A stretch of DNA of 63,810 bases, counting the filler, from Choristocarpus tenellus KU-1152 (taxonomy: Eukaryota > Protista > Phaeophyceae), in the NCBI GenBank assembly GCA_964200185.2. It is 7 parts of 7 records of this genome, joined end to end, with 100 filler letters (N's around TTAATTAATTAA, not from the genome) between each part and the next. Parts side by side here need not be neighbours in the genome. Positions count along the whole stretch, not along the records: positions 33,360 to 61,046 come from CAXNAD020000140.1; positions 61,147 to 63,810 come from CAXNAD020025833.1; 5 more parts are not named here. One strand, 5' to 3'. The notes beneath the pieces were generated by a model that saw nothing but the letters and a program-made list of their open reading frames with translations, was not told the DNA's origin and ran no database searches. Position 1 is the stretch's first letter. Each line of letters begins with the position of its first letter. The position numbers were made by a program, and so were the translations under genes. Of this stretch, positions 51,290 through 63,810 are shown piece after piece.

Positions 51290-54200
51290 TACATACTCTG
51301 GAGTCGTATTTTCAGTCCACTGCCAATTTGCTTTTCATGTACCCGTTTTCTGTCCTCACCCCAGTAATGGTGACTATCATCAACCTAGCGCAGTGGTTTC
51401 GCCTCCTTCCCATGATTTTGCCCGACTTCACTGTTGCACAGGTGCGATATCTTGTTCCACCTTTCAAATTGTTGTAATGTAGCATGACTTGCCACCCCCA
51501 GACAACCTGTATTTCGTTGTGCAGACTGGTGTTGAGATTGGGTGAGGGTCCGGAGTGACATTGAGGATGAGAGTGGAATTGCAGTCTTCTGAAGTCAACT
51601 CTTTCAAAGTTGCTGTTGCTTTCTTTGCCAAATTTGAAGTAAAGTCCACGATCTGAAGGCAGCCTGTCGCGTTATTGAGCTTATTGTGCGCTCTGCTACA
51701 TACAATACACAATATTGAGTACAACATTATAAATTGTGATAGCTTCAAAGAAGAATGCAGGGGGAGGGGACGCAGGAGGGGTCGAATACAAATTATATGT
51801 TAGAAATCAGGTTCTTGTGCCATGGGCTATAGATATAATACCTACACTGTGATTTAATATCTGTATGCACGTGAAGGACAATTGAGAGTTGTCAAGCATG
51901 GAGCTCAAGTAGGGTGGCAAGTAGGTGCTACTGAGTCTGCTATTCTATAGGAATATTATACATGCACTGCACCTTACTACCAAATGTATGAGTTTTATCA
52001 AGGCAGGAGTTTCAATTTGGGTGCTGTACTCTGAAGTGTTCATGTTTGAATTGTAGTTTGATGCCGCTGATTGCAAATCAAGGTGAAAGTGATTTATGGA
52101 CTTTCATGTGTTTTGGCCTATGGATCCCTGTCGCAAGTCAACACATGCATAATCACTCTTCAAGGGTCCAATCACAGGAAATTACCCATTTGTCTTGAAT
52201 TTTATTTCAGAGTGCAAGATTAGACTGACAGTAGAGCAATAAGTATTGATCTTGTTTGGTCTTTCCCTGGGAATCATTCCTCAGGTTCATTTTGATTCAG
52301 CTTTCCTTCCACCATGTTTACTTTTGTGTCAATTCCTTGTTGAGTGGTTCATTGTGGCTTGAAATATGTTATTTATTTAGGGACAGGGCGTGAACAAAGT
52401 TGCGGAGGAAATGCATACATATCTGCAGGTCTGGATTTTTTCTTCTTTTATGGTGTTCACCGTTGACCTCATGCCTCGGCCTTTGCATCATAGTCAGTTC
52501 TTCTCTTCTGTGTGAAATTTAGCAAGCAACCTGTGTACCTGATGTGTTGATGTATTTGACATGCAGGGGGCAGGAGGCGTTAGCGTCCTGCTCACCATCC
52601 TATTTGGAGGATACCTCATTCCCGCCAACATCATCCTAGACTTCTGGATATGGGTGAGAGTTGAAAATACCAGTCGATTGTGGCGCAAATGGGATGCATT
52701 TGCGCCACTTACCCGTGCACACTGTGGAATTATTCCCCCTCCTGATATGCTGGTTGAGTTAGTGTATCAATTGTTTCCCCACAACTCCTTAGGTGGAGTA
52801 GAGGAAAATAGTCCTCCTTGTATTTCAACTGTGTAAATGATGTACTGTAGTTGGGGCTCTCAATGCCACCAATATATGTTGGCGGATTGTGAACTCAAGA
52901 GTGAGAAGACACTGGATGGATTCCTTTTATGTATTTGACTTCACAGTGTCTTTCCTGGGGGCTCTTGAAGTGAGGACTTTGACACACGAAAGAAATCGTT
53001 CATCTGATAGAGGCTAAGAATTGCTGGTCCTTCAAACCTACAGTGGTGAAATCGCTTTCTGCACTTCCTTTATTACTTAAGCCTTGATTCGCTTTCAAGC
53101 AAGAGTGCCTTTGATTCACTTCCAGAGAGAAGATGATGGAGGGAGGGGTATTGAACCTGCATAAATCAGTTGGTCATGCTTTCCCCCCCAGTTCCTTACT
53201 GCCTGCACATAGCTGTATTGGTCTCCAGAAGTTCACAATGTGCACTCACTACTGTGTGATTCAATACACCACAAACAACCGTGAAGGAATTGGCTTGTCT
53301 CTCTTCACCCAAAGGTGAGCATTGTATACCTCTCTACACTTGATGTAGTGCTTCCTTCTTTGCAACTAGTCTCCATTGATGTTACAGCATGTTGTTTCGT
53401 TCTGCTTGATAGCCATCTACTCTGAGTATTCTCATTAACCCTTTGGTCTGTGTCCTCTTTATCCCACTGCTGATTCCCTGCCCCCACCCCCACCCGCTAA
53501 TGTCTGCTTGTCATGGATGTCTTGATGCGCTGCTTGAACAATTTCAGCTTTTTCACATCAATCCCATTGCCTGGGCCTTCAGAGGTTGTGTGCTCAATGA
53601 ATTTCAGAGCGATGAATATCGGGCTGTATGTGGGGTAGTCAATCCTGATGGCTCGTGTGCAAAGGACTTGGGGAAGGTCAACCTTGGTATGGGGTGGCTT
53701 TAGTTGTTAGTTTCTTTGATGGTCATTGTCAAGTGGTATGGATGAAATATATTTCCATAGTTTCTAAAGTTGTACAATAGTCCTTCAATCTGTGAATATA
53801 TGTTATTATGTGTGATACGCACGAAATTTAGAAATGCCTACCCATAATTGTTGACACTACCCAAACGCTTGTTTAGCAATAGTAATTTGAGTGCTGGCAA
53901 TGTTGCTGAAAATGAACATGAGAGCTCATGAGCCATCCTAATCATTTTCCGGTCAAGCTTTGCAAGTGTTTTTTTTGCATTACATTTCACGTTGTGTAGT
54001 AGGGGTAGTTGGCTTGCATGGTCAGCAGTAGCTGCAGCAATGAGATGGCCTATACTTTGGAGATGGTGAAGATGATCTTTTCCCCTGCAACATCATCTAT
54101 GCCCTCTATCTTAGGGTTACTTTTTCTGTCTGTTGATGTATTATTCAGTCCTCTATTGCTGCATTATCCTGTCGGATTGAATGTGAATATATGTATGAGT

Positions 54201-57127
54201 TTCAATACCAGGTGGCTTGTTTAGTTTGAGCTAAGTTTACTTTCCCGCAGAACAGATAACACTTACAGAAATGAGGATAACATACCTCTACACTGAAATG
54301 TTGGGCAAATTGATCAGAAGGTGAAACCTTTCAGTCGCTTCTGATGGAATCATTTGTGCTTGAAGTGGAAAAAAATTGAAGTGGGCAAGAAGAAGGAATG
54401 ACTAACCCTATTATCAAGAAAATATGAGTCCACTCAGCAACTGGTGTACTCAAGTCCGAGTTGTAAGAGGTCTTCACAATGCAGTGTCAGGGAGGGAAAG
54501 ATTTGTGGCTTGACATGGTGGTAGCCCTATGCACCTCAAGCACTCAAAAGCATCGTACTTGAAAACGAAATCACTGTTGTTTGGAATTTAATGCTGCTGC
54601 GATTTACTCGAGATTGATGTATACTGTTCTAGACCAAACATAATTTTTCTCAGCAGTCTCCAGAATATTTAAATGAGGCATATAGAAGATTTCCAAACTC
54701 TTCTAATTACGAAGCATATCTTTGTTGTGACGCTCTTGCACTCCTTCCTTGTTGCCCATACAAGATCTTTCTCGATGCTTACGGGTTCAAAGATGACCAG
54801 ATCTACATTTGGGGTTCAGTACTTGTCGTCACTTTGGAGTTCATCATTGTATGCATGTGAGCCCTCGCCTCTGTCTGTATCTCCCTTCACTCCTGTCTCC
54901 ATCTCTATGCCCAACCGCCCCCCTTCTCACCCCTTGTTTTCACCCCCAGAAGACCTTAGCCCAACTTGTCCCATTCCTGTGATTGGTAATATTTGGCGCT
55001 CTATTTAGCCCTATGGATGTTGGAGACACCTCCTGATGTAAAACTGCCATCAACACCTTTTTCGTTTTAGTACAGTTGGAGAAATTTGCCTCGACAGTGA
55101 TATGTATGCCTTCCAAGGCAATAGTCGGATAATCTTAGGAATGAGCAACTTTGTTGCTATCCTCTGCCAGAGGATATTTGATGTTGGGATATGGAGAGAG
55201 TTGAGAGCACCTATAGATGATGCTTCCAATAGAGCATTAGTGACCATGTGTATCTACTAGAAGGAAAAGGAAGGGGGGGTAAGGGGGAGGAGGGAAGGGC
55301 AATGGCCAATGGTCTTACGAGTGATTTGACTGCATCCCTGGCATATCTCGGGGCATCATTGACTTATTAATTGAAAATTTTCAGGTGTTGTGGGTGTTGA
55401 ACCTGATACCTTTGCAAAGGAAATACATAACTTAGGTGCCTTTCAACTCATGCACTGTCTTTCCGGCAGGAACTGAGCCTATGGTATACTTGTTTTGGTA
55501 CAAATCCTGATCCAAGCTTTGGCCTTGAACATGCCTGGTGTCCCTTTTCCTTTAACCATACCAACCACTGGGTTTAGCTGGAAAGGTTGCTTAAAATAAA
55601 TTTGCAGCAAATAGCCGTGAACTTTTAGTTTGATACCCTTTTTTCCTCTCCCTATATCTGTAACCCCTACCCCTTTGCGTCTTTGGCCATTTTTTGATCG
55701 TTACCCTAGTCATTGCCATCCACCCCTGATCCTCACGCTCTCGTTTTTCCAGGGGGTGCCTCTTATGGTTGCTCTCTTACAACCGTGAGCCTATCTCTTG
55801 AATGGCTACCCTCTCGTAGCATCCTTCAGTAAGCATTCTAGGCGAAAATACCACTGGCTGTCAGTCTTTGCCTTCGACTTGTACATATGAAACAATCCTA
55901 ACCCTAGATCTAAATCTAGCAGCTAACATATTCTGTTTCCATCGTCTTCCCATCCTCAAGATTCTATAGTACTATCACCCTATAAACAGCTGTACATTCA
56001 CCACCTACAAAACATTTCTTGTGGTGGGTGTCTGTGATAGACAATGCTATGAACACGTAAATTCAAGTGCTGGGGCACAATTTCACACCCTGGGCTTATT
56101 CATGCACCTTGTTCGTGCATATTGTTGCACTTTCTGTCACTAACATTTTTTTTTATCTTTGCCCTGCCTCTAGGTGTTTGCATTCCTGTGATGATCTCTG
56201 TTCATCTTTGGTGCAAAGTTTTGTAGCTTACTCACAACCTGCTCATGCTCATAGCTGTAGTTCAACCTGACAACCAAATGTTTTGTGTTTCTGTCCAATC
56301 CTGACAACTCCAGTCTCACTGGTTTGGCACAGCACTATATCCGATGGGACACATCAGATAGTGCCCCCTTGGGTCACCATGCCACTGGAGAGGACGAGGA
56401 GGCAGATAAGAGAGAGGCAGGCACGTCAAACTAGATACGGGGAACCAAACACAACTTGCTCTCAATCACAAAAATACAGTTGTGTTTTTTTACAACGGGG
56501 AAAAACTTCGATGTTTCTCATTTTGAATGCCGTCCTTGATTTTTCTTGCTGTATCTCTCCTAAAAGCACGTTCATATTACACTGCCTAACAATGCCGCCA
56601 TTGCTTATTCCTCCATGACCTTGGTGCGAAAAAAACAGAAATTTCTAAGATGTTTAATGAGCCTGTGGCAGAACTTAAGCGCCAACCTTCCACTCTTGAG
56701 GTCAATATCCCATTTGAGCCTGCCACTCTCGCCTTCAGATGACATATTGCGACTTTTGGTTTGTGCTGCTTTTTGTTATTTTGGGTTGGGGTTGGGTTTG
56801 AGGTTGAGATTAAGGTACTTAGGATTAGGGTAGGTTGGCTGGGATTGTGGGCAGGAAAGAGGGTGGTGGTGCATCTCACGAGCATTTGTTTTGTGGTAGA
56901 ACATATTGGCCTTGGTTACTATTATTGACATGAGTTCTTCTATCTGCTTCAGCTTTGGCACTTTGAACTAGGGGCCGTTGCCCCTCCCCTATCCCTGACT
57001 GGGGGTGGTGCTTCTTTTTTCACCCTTTATTTCCTTCAGTCACCTTATGCAAGGATATACTGCCAGCTACAGTGAGTGTTGAGGAAGTCATGCTATTTAT
57101 GTCGAACCATTCGTTGCTACTGCCAAT

Positions 57128-57432
57128 GAGCCAAAATAATGGTATGTATCCAGATTTTGATCACTTTGCTTTTTAGACCATTTTAATAAATCTTTTGCAA
57201 CCATCCCTATTTCTATGGATAAAGTGCTAAGAAGGACTTGAGACGGCTGATATCGCTGTTGTTAGAAAATATTAAATAATAATACATTTAACTAAGTTCA
57301 ATATACAAGAGATGCTTAGGGTTAGCTAAGGTAGTTACTCCGTAAAAGTGAATTCAGAAATCTCACTATGCACATTTTTTTGTCAACATGCTTAATATGC
57401 TACCCAGGGTACTGCTTGTTTACTTTTGCCTC
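57128..57432. mobile_element. MITE family C copy in an ABCG intron (reverse, diverged)
   Basis: GAGCCAAAATAAT...GTATCCAGATTTTGATCACTTTGC and CCCAGGGTACTGCTTGTTTACTTTTGCCTC match the ends of family C. Confidence 0.55.
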
Positions 57433-60400
57433 ACTTAAGTCTCAATTTCTTTACACTGTCAATTCCAGACTGTGCCTCAGTTGGTTCTAACATGACTTAT
57501 CATACGAGAAAGTTTTACGCCACTACCCCAAAGTACCAAAACCATAGCAAAATGAGAACACAATGCTTCGCTACGGGGGCGCAACCACTTCTTGTCTTAC
57601 CCGCATCCATATCAATCACTGTGTACCCCACCTACTTCGAAATACAAGCCTTCAGACTGCAAAATCTTTCCAAATCCTCTTGACAGTCTACATGGTGTCC
57701 TTTCCTCAATTACCCCCAAGCCTCCACTCCAGATCCCCCTCTGCGACTTTCTGTTCCGTTCCACCATCTTGTCCTGCCCTCCCACCTCGCCACCTATTCC
57801 CAGCAACATGTCCTACAGTGTGCCTCACCCTTCTGGTGAAGGACAACTCGAGCTACTTCAGTCAATTTCTGGGTACTGCAAACCAGGGGAGGTGGGTGGA
57901 ACTTGTACATGTGCATCTAGTTATGCATGCGTGCAACCCACTGGTTGATGTTTTTGTTTATGGTGTGTGTGTGTGTGTGTCAGGTTTTTGTTAGACCTCC
58001 CTGCCTCTATGACTGATATCTTGATGCAAGAGTGGAATTGTTGCCGTTCAAATTATTTTGTGTACTTCAGCAGAGCCCCTTGCCATGCCCTCAAGTTTTT
58101 ATTAACTAAATTGCTAATACAAGCAAATACCAGTGGAAAGGCAATGATCTGATAACAACTTTGCTCTGATATTCTCCTCCACTGCAATTAAACAAAAAAA
58201 AGTTGCGATGAATATTCTCAAAATTAAACCCTGGTTACCAAATAAGACTGGGATGCCTATTATCACAGCAACCCCTTGTCTATCTGTCTTCACTTGTCCC
58301 AGTTCTAATGCTTCTCACATTTATGTGTCCTCAACCTTCTACCTCTAGCTGACAGCGCTCATGGGCTCCTCAGGGGCGGGCAAGACAACTCTCTTAGATG
58401 TCCTTGCTGGGCGTAAAACTAGTGGTAAGATCACTGGGGATATTAACATCAACGGATTCCCCAAGCAACAAAAGACCTTCACTAGGTGTGTTTCAAGAAT
58501 TTTTTACCCCATCTTGTGGTACATTAATGACTTTTTTTTGGTCTAACGTAGGGTGCAACTTCCTGGAAGGATGGGACAATATCGCAAATAGATTGATGTG
58601 GAGGGGTGGGGGGATAGGGTGGTGTGGTGGTAGGGAGAAGGGAAATTGGACTTTGTACATTTGGCTTGTGCTGCCTCTCTTACCCCCTCCCCCTCTCCCC
58701 ATTTTGCATGTGCTCTATGCCTTTGTTCACAAGGAGAGGAGCGGATTCATCTCCACCACGTTTTTGTTCTATATACCATATGTGAAAGCTTTGTTCAAAC
58801 CAAGTGGCTCTGTTTAAAGTTGAAGTGCTCACTTCATTCTCCCCGACGATTTTGCCATATTTGTGTGTGTTTTATATGCTGATAGAGTTGCAGGGTATGT
58901 GGAACAGTAGGATATGCACTCTCCAGTGGTGACTGTCAAGGAGGTGAGAATTTTATGGTGGTTACATAGGAGGGTTAGATGTACAAAATAAGATGTTTTG
59001 CATAAAGGAAGGCATAGTATATATTTTTTAATTTCGTACTTCATCCTTTTCATTGAGATCACTGTTTCTCCCGTTTTGTTATGAATAGTAGTACTATAAT
59101 ATTGGAAATGTCATCACTTTAATGCCTGAGCACTATCCCGGGCTGTGGTCAGAGTCATGGCACATCTCATGCAAACCGTATCTAACTGTTGCACAACAAT
59201 AGTGCAGTGCTCTTTTCAACCTATGCTTTTCACACACTGGGTTCAGCCATCCCATTACCTGTCACTACATCTGAAGTCACCTAGGCATTGCATGTCCATA
59301 AAGCCTTCCCACATTGTTTCGGTTTTCCCACGTTTTTGTGATTTTTTTGTGAAGAGGTACATAAGGGATAGCACAGATAGGTGTAAAGCCTGTTGTGCTA
59401 GGTACATGGAATTTGAACCAACAAAAATTATTTCTCTGAAAAGAAATCAGACATAAAAGGGTGTTCAATCAGAGAAATTGTTGCAAGGGATGTTGTCCAC
59501 TATCATACTATGTGTTGGAACAATATTAGCCTCATCATCAAATGTATCCTTTGCTGTGCACTCGACCTCTTTCCTCCTGGCAACCATAGGCGCTCACATT
59601 CAGTGCAACAATGCGATTGGTGATCAGTTGATTGGGAGTGAAGAAACAGGAGGTCTCTCGCTGGAGCAGCGCAAGCGGGTCACCCTCGGGGTTGAGCTGG
59701 CTGCTAACCCTGCCATAATCTTCCTGGACGAGCCTACTTCAGGGCTTGATGCGCGATCTGCCCAGGTGCATGTTCACACGCACTTGTTCTTGCATGTGCA
59801 GTTTGACAGTTTCTGCTCTCGGCAGAGTTGTTGGCGGGGAGTGTTTCTGCGTGACTGCCCCTCTTTGCTTGCTTACCCCTTCTCCCCCCCTTCCCTCTGC
59901 CCGACCCTTGTGTCTCTTGACCTTGCATACCACTGTGACTACTATAGGTGGTGATGCGAGCAATCCGAAAGGTTGCGGCCACAAACCGGACCGTGATCTG
60001 TACTATCCACCAACCGTCCACATACCTATTTGAAATGTTTGACTCTGTTTTGCTGCTAAAAAAGGGGGGTGAGACCGTGTACTTTGGCCCACTGGGGACG
60101 AATAACGGCACTCTTATTCAGTACCTCCAGGTGCGATCTACTTCTTGGGATGGTGGTGGTCCTAGTCGAGAAGGACTTCTTCTTTTTAGCTACAATTTTG
60201 TTTTGCAGCACCTTTGTAGGAAATCGCGTACACTATAGAGCTCTGAGCTTGATGCGTGTACATCCCAAATGTTGTAGGTCTTTTCCAACCGTAATCGGGA
60301 AAAAATGGAGGTCCTGCAGGAGTACTTTCGAGGAGTAGGTAGTTGGTTGATGTTTGTGTAAGCCTAGAGTATGGATGAGTCTGATTTTGTTTGCCTGTTG

Positions 60401-61290
60401 AGGTCACCTCTTCATACACGTAGAGGGATCACACAGGGTGTTTGCTATTTGTTGGCTGCGAGTGGCTATGTCAATACTTCAAAATTGTTGTTCTTAGCTT
60501 CACATAGTGTAATTTGTGCGCCAATGATGAAAGTGATAGTGGAGGCTAAGCATTTGCATCCTTTTTTGGCACCCATTCGTGCCTCTGCCTTTCTTTTTCT
60601 AGTCAGTGCCTGGTACCATACCAATCCGAGACAACGTGAATCCAGCGACATGGATGCTGGAGGTTATTGGTGCAGGCACAGCTGGAAAGGTGAGGCTTGG
60701 GGATATAGAGGTTGTACTTTCTTCTTTGTACACCTTAAACTGGTATTGTTTTGATTTAATACATTGTAGTGTCACGTTGTATGTTCCCCTGTGTGCAATA
60801 TGAAAATAAGACAAAAATGAACTTGTTCTCGCCACTGTTAGTAAAAGGTTATGTTAAACCCACCTGGTCTATATGTATATACTTCGAAATATGTGTATAT
60901 ACTGCACTATGTACAACACATCTGACATATGAACTACTTACAAAAAATGGACCCCCAATGGATAGCCACCATCCTCCCCCCCCCCCCCCCCCCCCCCCCC
61001 CCCTTTTTCAACATTTGTTTTTTCTTTGTCTCTTTCCCCCCATCTTNNNNNNNNNNNNNNNNNNNNNNNNNNNNNNNNNNNNNNNNNNNNTTAATTAATT
61101 AANNNNNNNNNNNNNNNNNNNNNNNNNNNNNNNNNNNNNNNNNNNNAGCCCATCCTCAATGAAAGCTCCATCCTCAATTTTTGAAATCTGCTGTTGTGTG
61201 TTGATTTTTGCTGATGCAACTAGTGGGCAACTCATCTGTCCTTCTGAATGACCTGATGTCCTAAACTTCTTGGGTTGGCTGGTGAAACAG

Positions 61291-61407
61291 GTGGATCCAC
61301 GTGAGGTGGTTGATCAGATGGACTTGATAAGGGCACAGGCCAAGGGGCAAGAGGTGAATGAGAAGGCTGCCCAGGACAAGATTGAGGCATCGCTTCAGAG
61401 GGATATT
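61291..61407 (+). CDS. Isolated exon of a different, unidentified gene
   Basis: CAG|...|GTGAGT-bounded 117-nt open frame VDPREVVDQMDLIRAQAKGQEVNEKAAQDKIEASLQRDI. It lies after a contig spacer and does not resemble the expected PDR continuation. Confidence 0.45.
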
Positions 61408-63659
61408 GTGAGTTGGAAAAGTAACAATGCCTGTGGAAATGTTGAGTGTCTTACTCTGAGTGTGTGCTGTGCAATGTTGATTCTACAATTGCGAGTTTGG
61501 GTTTGGGACTCATGTCTTACAGCACGATGATGTTTTTAACTTCAGTCTGTTTGATGAGCTATAATTGTTGTATGATTGTAAGGTATGGTTTCTTTTTTTG
61601 TCAATGGTATTGAATGTTAAGGCAAGCCCATGCTGGGGGGGGTGTTCCTTCAACGGAAGTGATCCAAGTTTTCTAATTTGGCAGTGAGAACATGTGACTG
61701 AGTCCCTTGTTTGTGACCTAGAGAGGAAAATATATATATGTGTGTATATATATGGATGTATCCCTATCTATGTACTTAGTAGTTGTATCCATTTCTCTGC
61801 AGGAGAGGAAAATTCATTGAAATTTGACCTGGCCAAAGGGTGTTAATAGACTTTTGTGATGATATTGTGTGAGATGTGAGCTACGGTAGTCCATTTATCA
61901 AGGGCACTGGCTAAACAGGTAGGATCATGTACACAGCAGAGTATCAGTCTACCATCTTGAGCCAGTTTCAGTGGATGCATCTATTCTACAGTTTACCATA
62001 CTCACCTCCCTTGATGCTACCTTGGTTGGTTAAACTACAATTTTGGCACTATAGGGCAAGTTCCATGCCTTCTAATTCCCCATCGCACTTTAATCTCTCT
62101 CGACATGGCAGGTACTTGATTGGGTGGCAGAGCGAGTAACTCTGGACTGGAAAGAGGCTGACCCAATTGAACCAGTGGATCTCCCCACAGAACTCACCCC
62201 TGCCGCTGCTCCATGATCCATTATCCAGACTAGGTTCCAATACCACCTCATTTTGAATCCAATGGGATTTGTGTAAGGTTGCTGCAAACGCTAACTCTGT
62301 GCTTTCACTGGGCCTTCTATCTCTTTTATTTTTCTATCAGGACAAAGAGGGGGATGACTGACTGCTTTTTCAGATCGAGTGCATCCAGCGCAACTTTTTT
62401 TCTAGCAGGAATAAATGTCATTTGTTTGCCTAGAAGAGCACCTGGTTCCTCTGCATCCCTTGTGGGGGGTCATTCCTTGAGATTCTTGTGCATGGCCCTA
62501 TGGCTCCAACTTTAGTAGTCCCTTGACTATGTTGCAAAGCTGTTATTTCTTGTTGAGAGGATAAAGAGATTTTACAAAACAGATTCCTCTAAACTCCAAA
62601 ATCGTCCTGTCACAGAAAGCATGTTTGTCCCTTGCATAGCCTGCTCTGATATTGTAGCCTTTCCTGTCATCCTTCTTATTATTGTCTCAACTTCCGTCTA
62701 TCATGGCCTCTTTATTAATATGATTTTATTTTGATTGTGTGACGTAGTACTAAGAGGAGAGAATATCGATATTTATTATTATCATGGCGTTAAGCACTCA
62801 CTAACCCCGGAGGTGGATGTGTGTCTCTTCACCGATCCATGCCGAAAAATACAGGTGAAGATCGTACCATGTGATAAAACATTTTTTTAAGTCTTGTGAT
62901 GAAATTTCCCCCCCAATGTATTACGGACAAAAATAAAATAAAAAAACAAAAGGGTGTGGTGGTGAGTTAGGCTGCCAAGGAGACAGCATCGATTGTATTC
63001 AAAAGTGATCTTTGTTGCTCAATTGACCTTAAATTCGACAACAACAAAAACCATAAAACACACGCCAACAATGTTTTGTGTCGTTGTACGTAGTGGCTTT
63101 TGCTGTTATTGCTTACCAGAAAGGTGTAAGTCAAACAACTTCACACACCAAAGTGCTTGTAAGAACACCTGGAAGGGTGTTGGACCGACTTAGGATTATA
63201 TATAATAAATGGTAAAGTGTATTCTACGTACTGGTAGTAAAACAATTGACTATTTCTAGCGTCTTTGCAAACAAGTTGTGTGCGAGTCGTTCCATGACCT
63301 TCATTCAGGATCTTCTGGGTGTTGACATTCAACAATAGGCAAGCAGGAGATGATGTCAGAGACAATCAATTTGTCGAATCTCTGTCTCACATACGTGTTG
63401 TAAATGATAATAGCGTTGCATGTATCAAAGTACTGTGTCAAGAATCGACAACTGAGATGAGGATGGAACAAACAGCAATAGTTTGATGTGTATGTAGTAA
63501 ACAGGTGGATCTAAGCATTCTCAACCCAGTTTAAGTCCTCTGAGCACTAACAGGTTCAACTCGTGCTACTCCGAGAAAGTATGTTAAGTTCGGTACTTTG
63601 GAATATACTTCGATAACTGCGATCAACATATTTGAAATATGTGTAAAGATTACCACATA

Positions 63660-63810
63660 TTATATTATTATGCCCTCTGACATTTTGCGTATGTGTCAGG
63701 GGGGAAACCAATTAAAACTATATATATACATGTCGTTATCAGCCCTAAAGAAATAAAATATCCTGAACATAACAACACTATAAAACGTTGTAAGTGTGGA
63801 AACCACTAAT
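63660..63810 (-). repeat. Repeat family D copy (runs off window end)
   Basis: Reverse complement of about 5870-6020. Confidence 0.75.

Larger units (their letters stand above)
38181..60689 (+). pseudogene. ABCG: Full-size ABCG (pleiotropic drug resistance, PDR-type) ABC transporter, 27 exons, NBD1-TMD1-NBD2 (TMD2 missing at contig end); multiply disrupted
   Basis: Manually spliced exons: 38181-38360, 39457-39603, 40483-40620, 41663-41800, 42786-42947, 45536-45644, 45880-45977, 46254-46313, 46973-47070, 47840-48023, 48393-48564, 49043-49104, 49480-49527, 49990-50100, 50416-50512, 51365-51441, 52567-52653, 53548-53676, 54765-54856, 56314-56420, 56639-56738, 57804-57891, 58349-58485, 58886-58943, 59590-59765, 59948-60130, 60603-60689. 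NBD1 motifs: Walker A GPPGCGKS, signature VSGGERRRV, Walker B FLLDSISTGLD, LLQPPPE. TMD1 motifs: KQADAGFYP, NPIAWAFRGCVLNEF. NBD2 motifs: [53 protein letters not shown]. Lesions at 47838-47839, 56739-56740, 58908-58910 and about 59614-59619. Confidence 0.93.

Noticed and set aside
58908-58910. TAG-to-Gln genetic code reassignment
   Set aside because: Single instance within a gene that has three other independent lesions.
59620-59627. 8-nt GT...AG micro-intron restoring the frame
   Set aside because: Too short for spliceosomal removal, and these bases encode the conserved GDQ of IGDQLIG; a deletion explains it better.
61291-61407. Continuation of the ABCG gene after the spacer
   Set aside because: The peptide does not resemble the PDR NBD2-TMD2 linker, and no TMD2 exons follow.
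61930-62520. Copia gag/protease relic (VWIMDHGA)
   Set aside because: Only one weak motif; not enough to annotate.

Overview
This is eukaryotic genomic DNA rich in repeats and introns (short exons, introns of about 0.1-2.6 kb). The architecture resembles a brown alga or related ochrophyte; that is an inference, not a database match. The window consists of 7 contigs joined by artificial 100-bp spacers (N44-TTAATTAATTAA-N44), so adjacency across spacers is unproven. (1) A 27-exon full-size ABCG/PDR transporter on + (38181-60689, cut off before TMD2) was reconstructed with consistent exon phases. It carries four disabling lesions: a dead acceptor, a dead donor, an in-frame TAG and a frameshifting deletion. 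It also has a degenerate first ATP site (Walker B D-S). (2) An apparently open gene of at least 7 exons on - (20830-17211) encodes a single-pass membrane protein whose ectodomain has phage tail-fibre-like motifs (GFRFPDGSVMTTA; ERVRIDREG). (3) Three MITE families share terminal motifs. (4) A tRNA-Ser(GCU)-headed SINE-like repeat is present. (5) There are decayed Gypsy, Copia and CRE-like retroelements, tandem repeats, and some unassigned intronless ORF relics. No intact rRNA, tRNA or CRISPR array was found.
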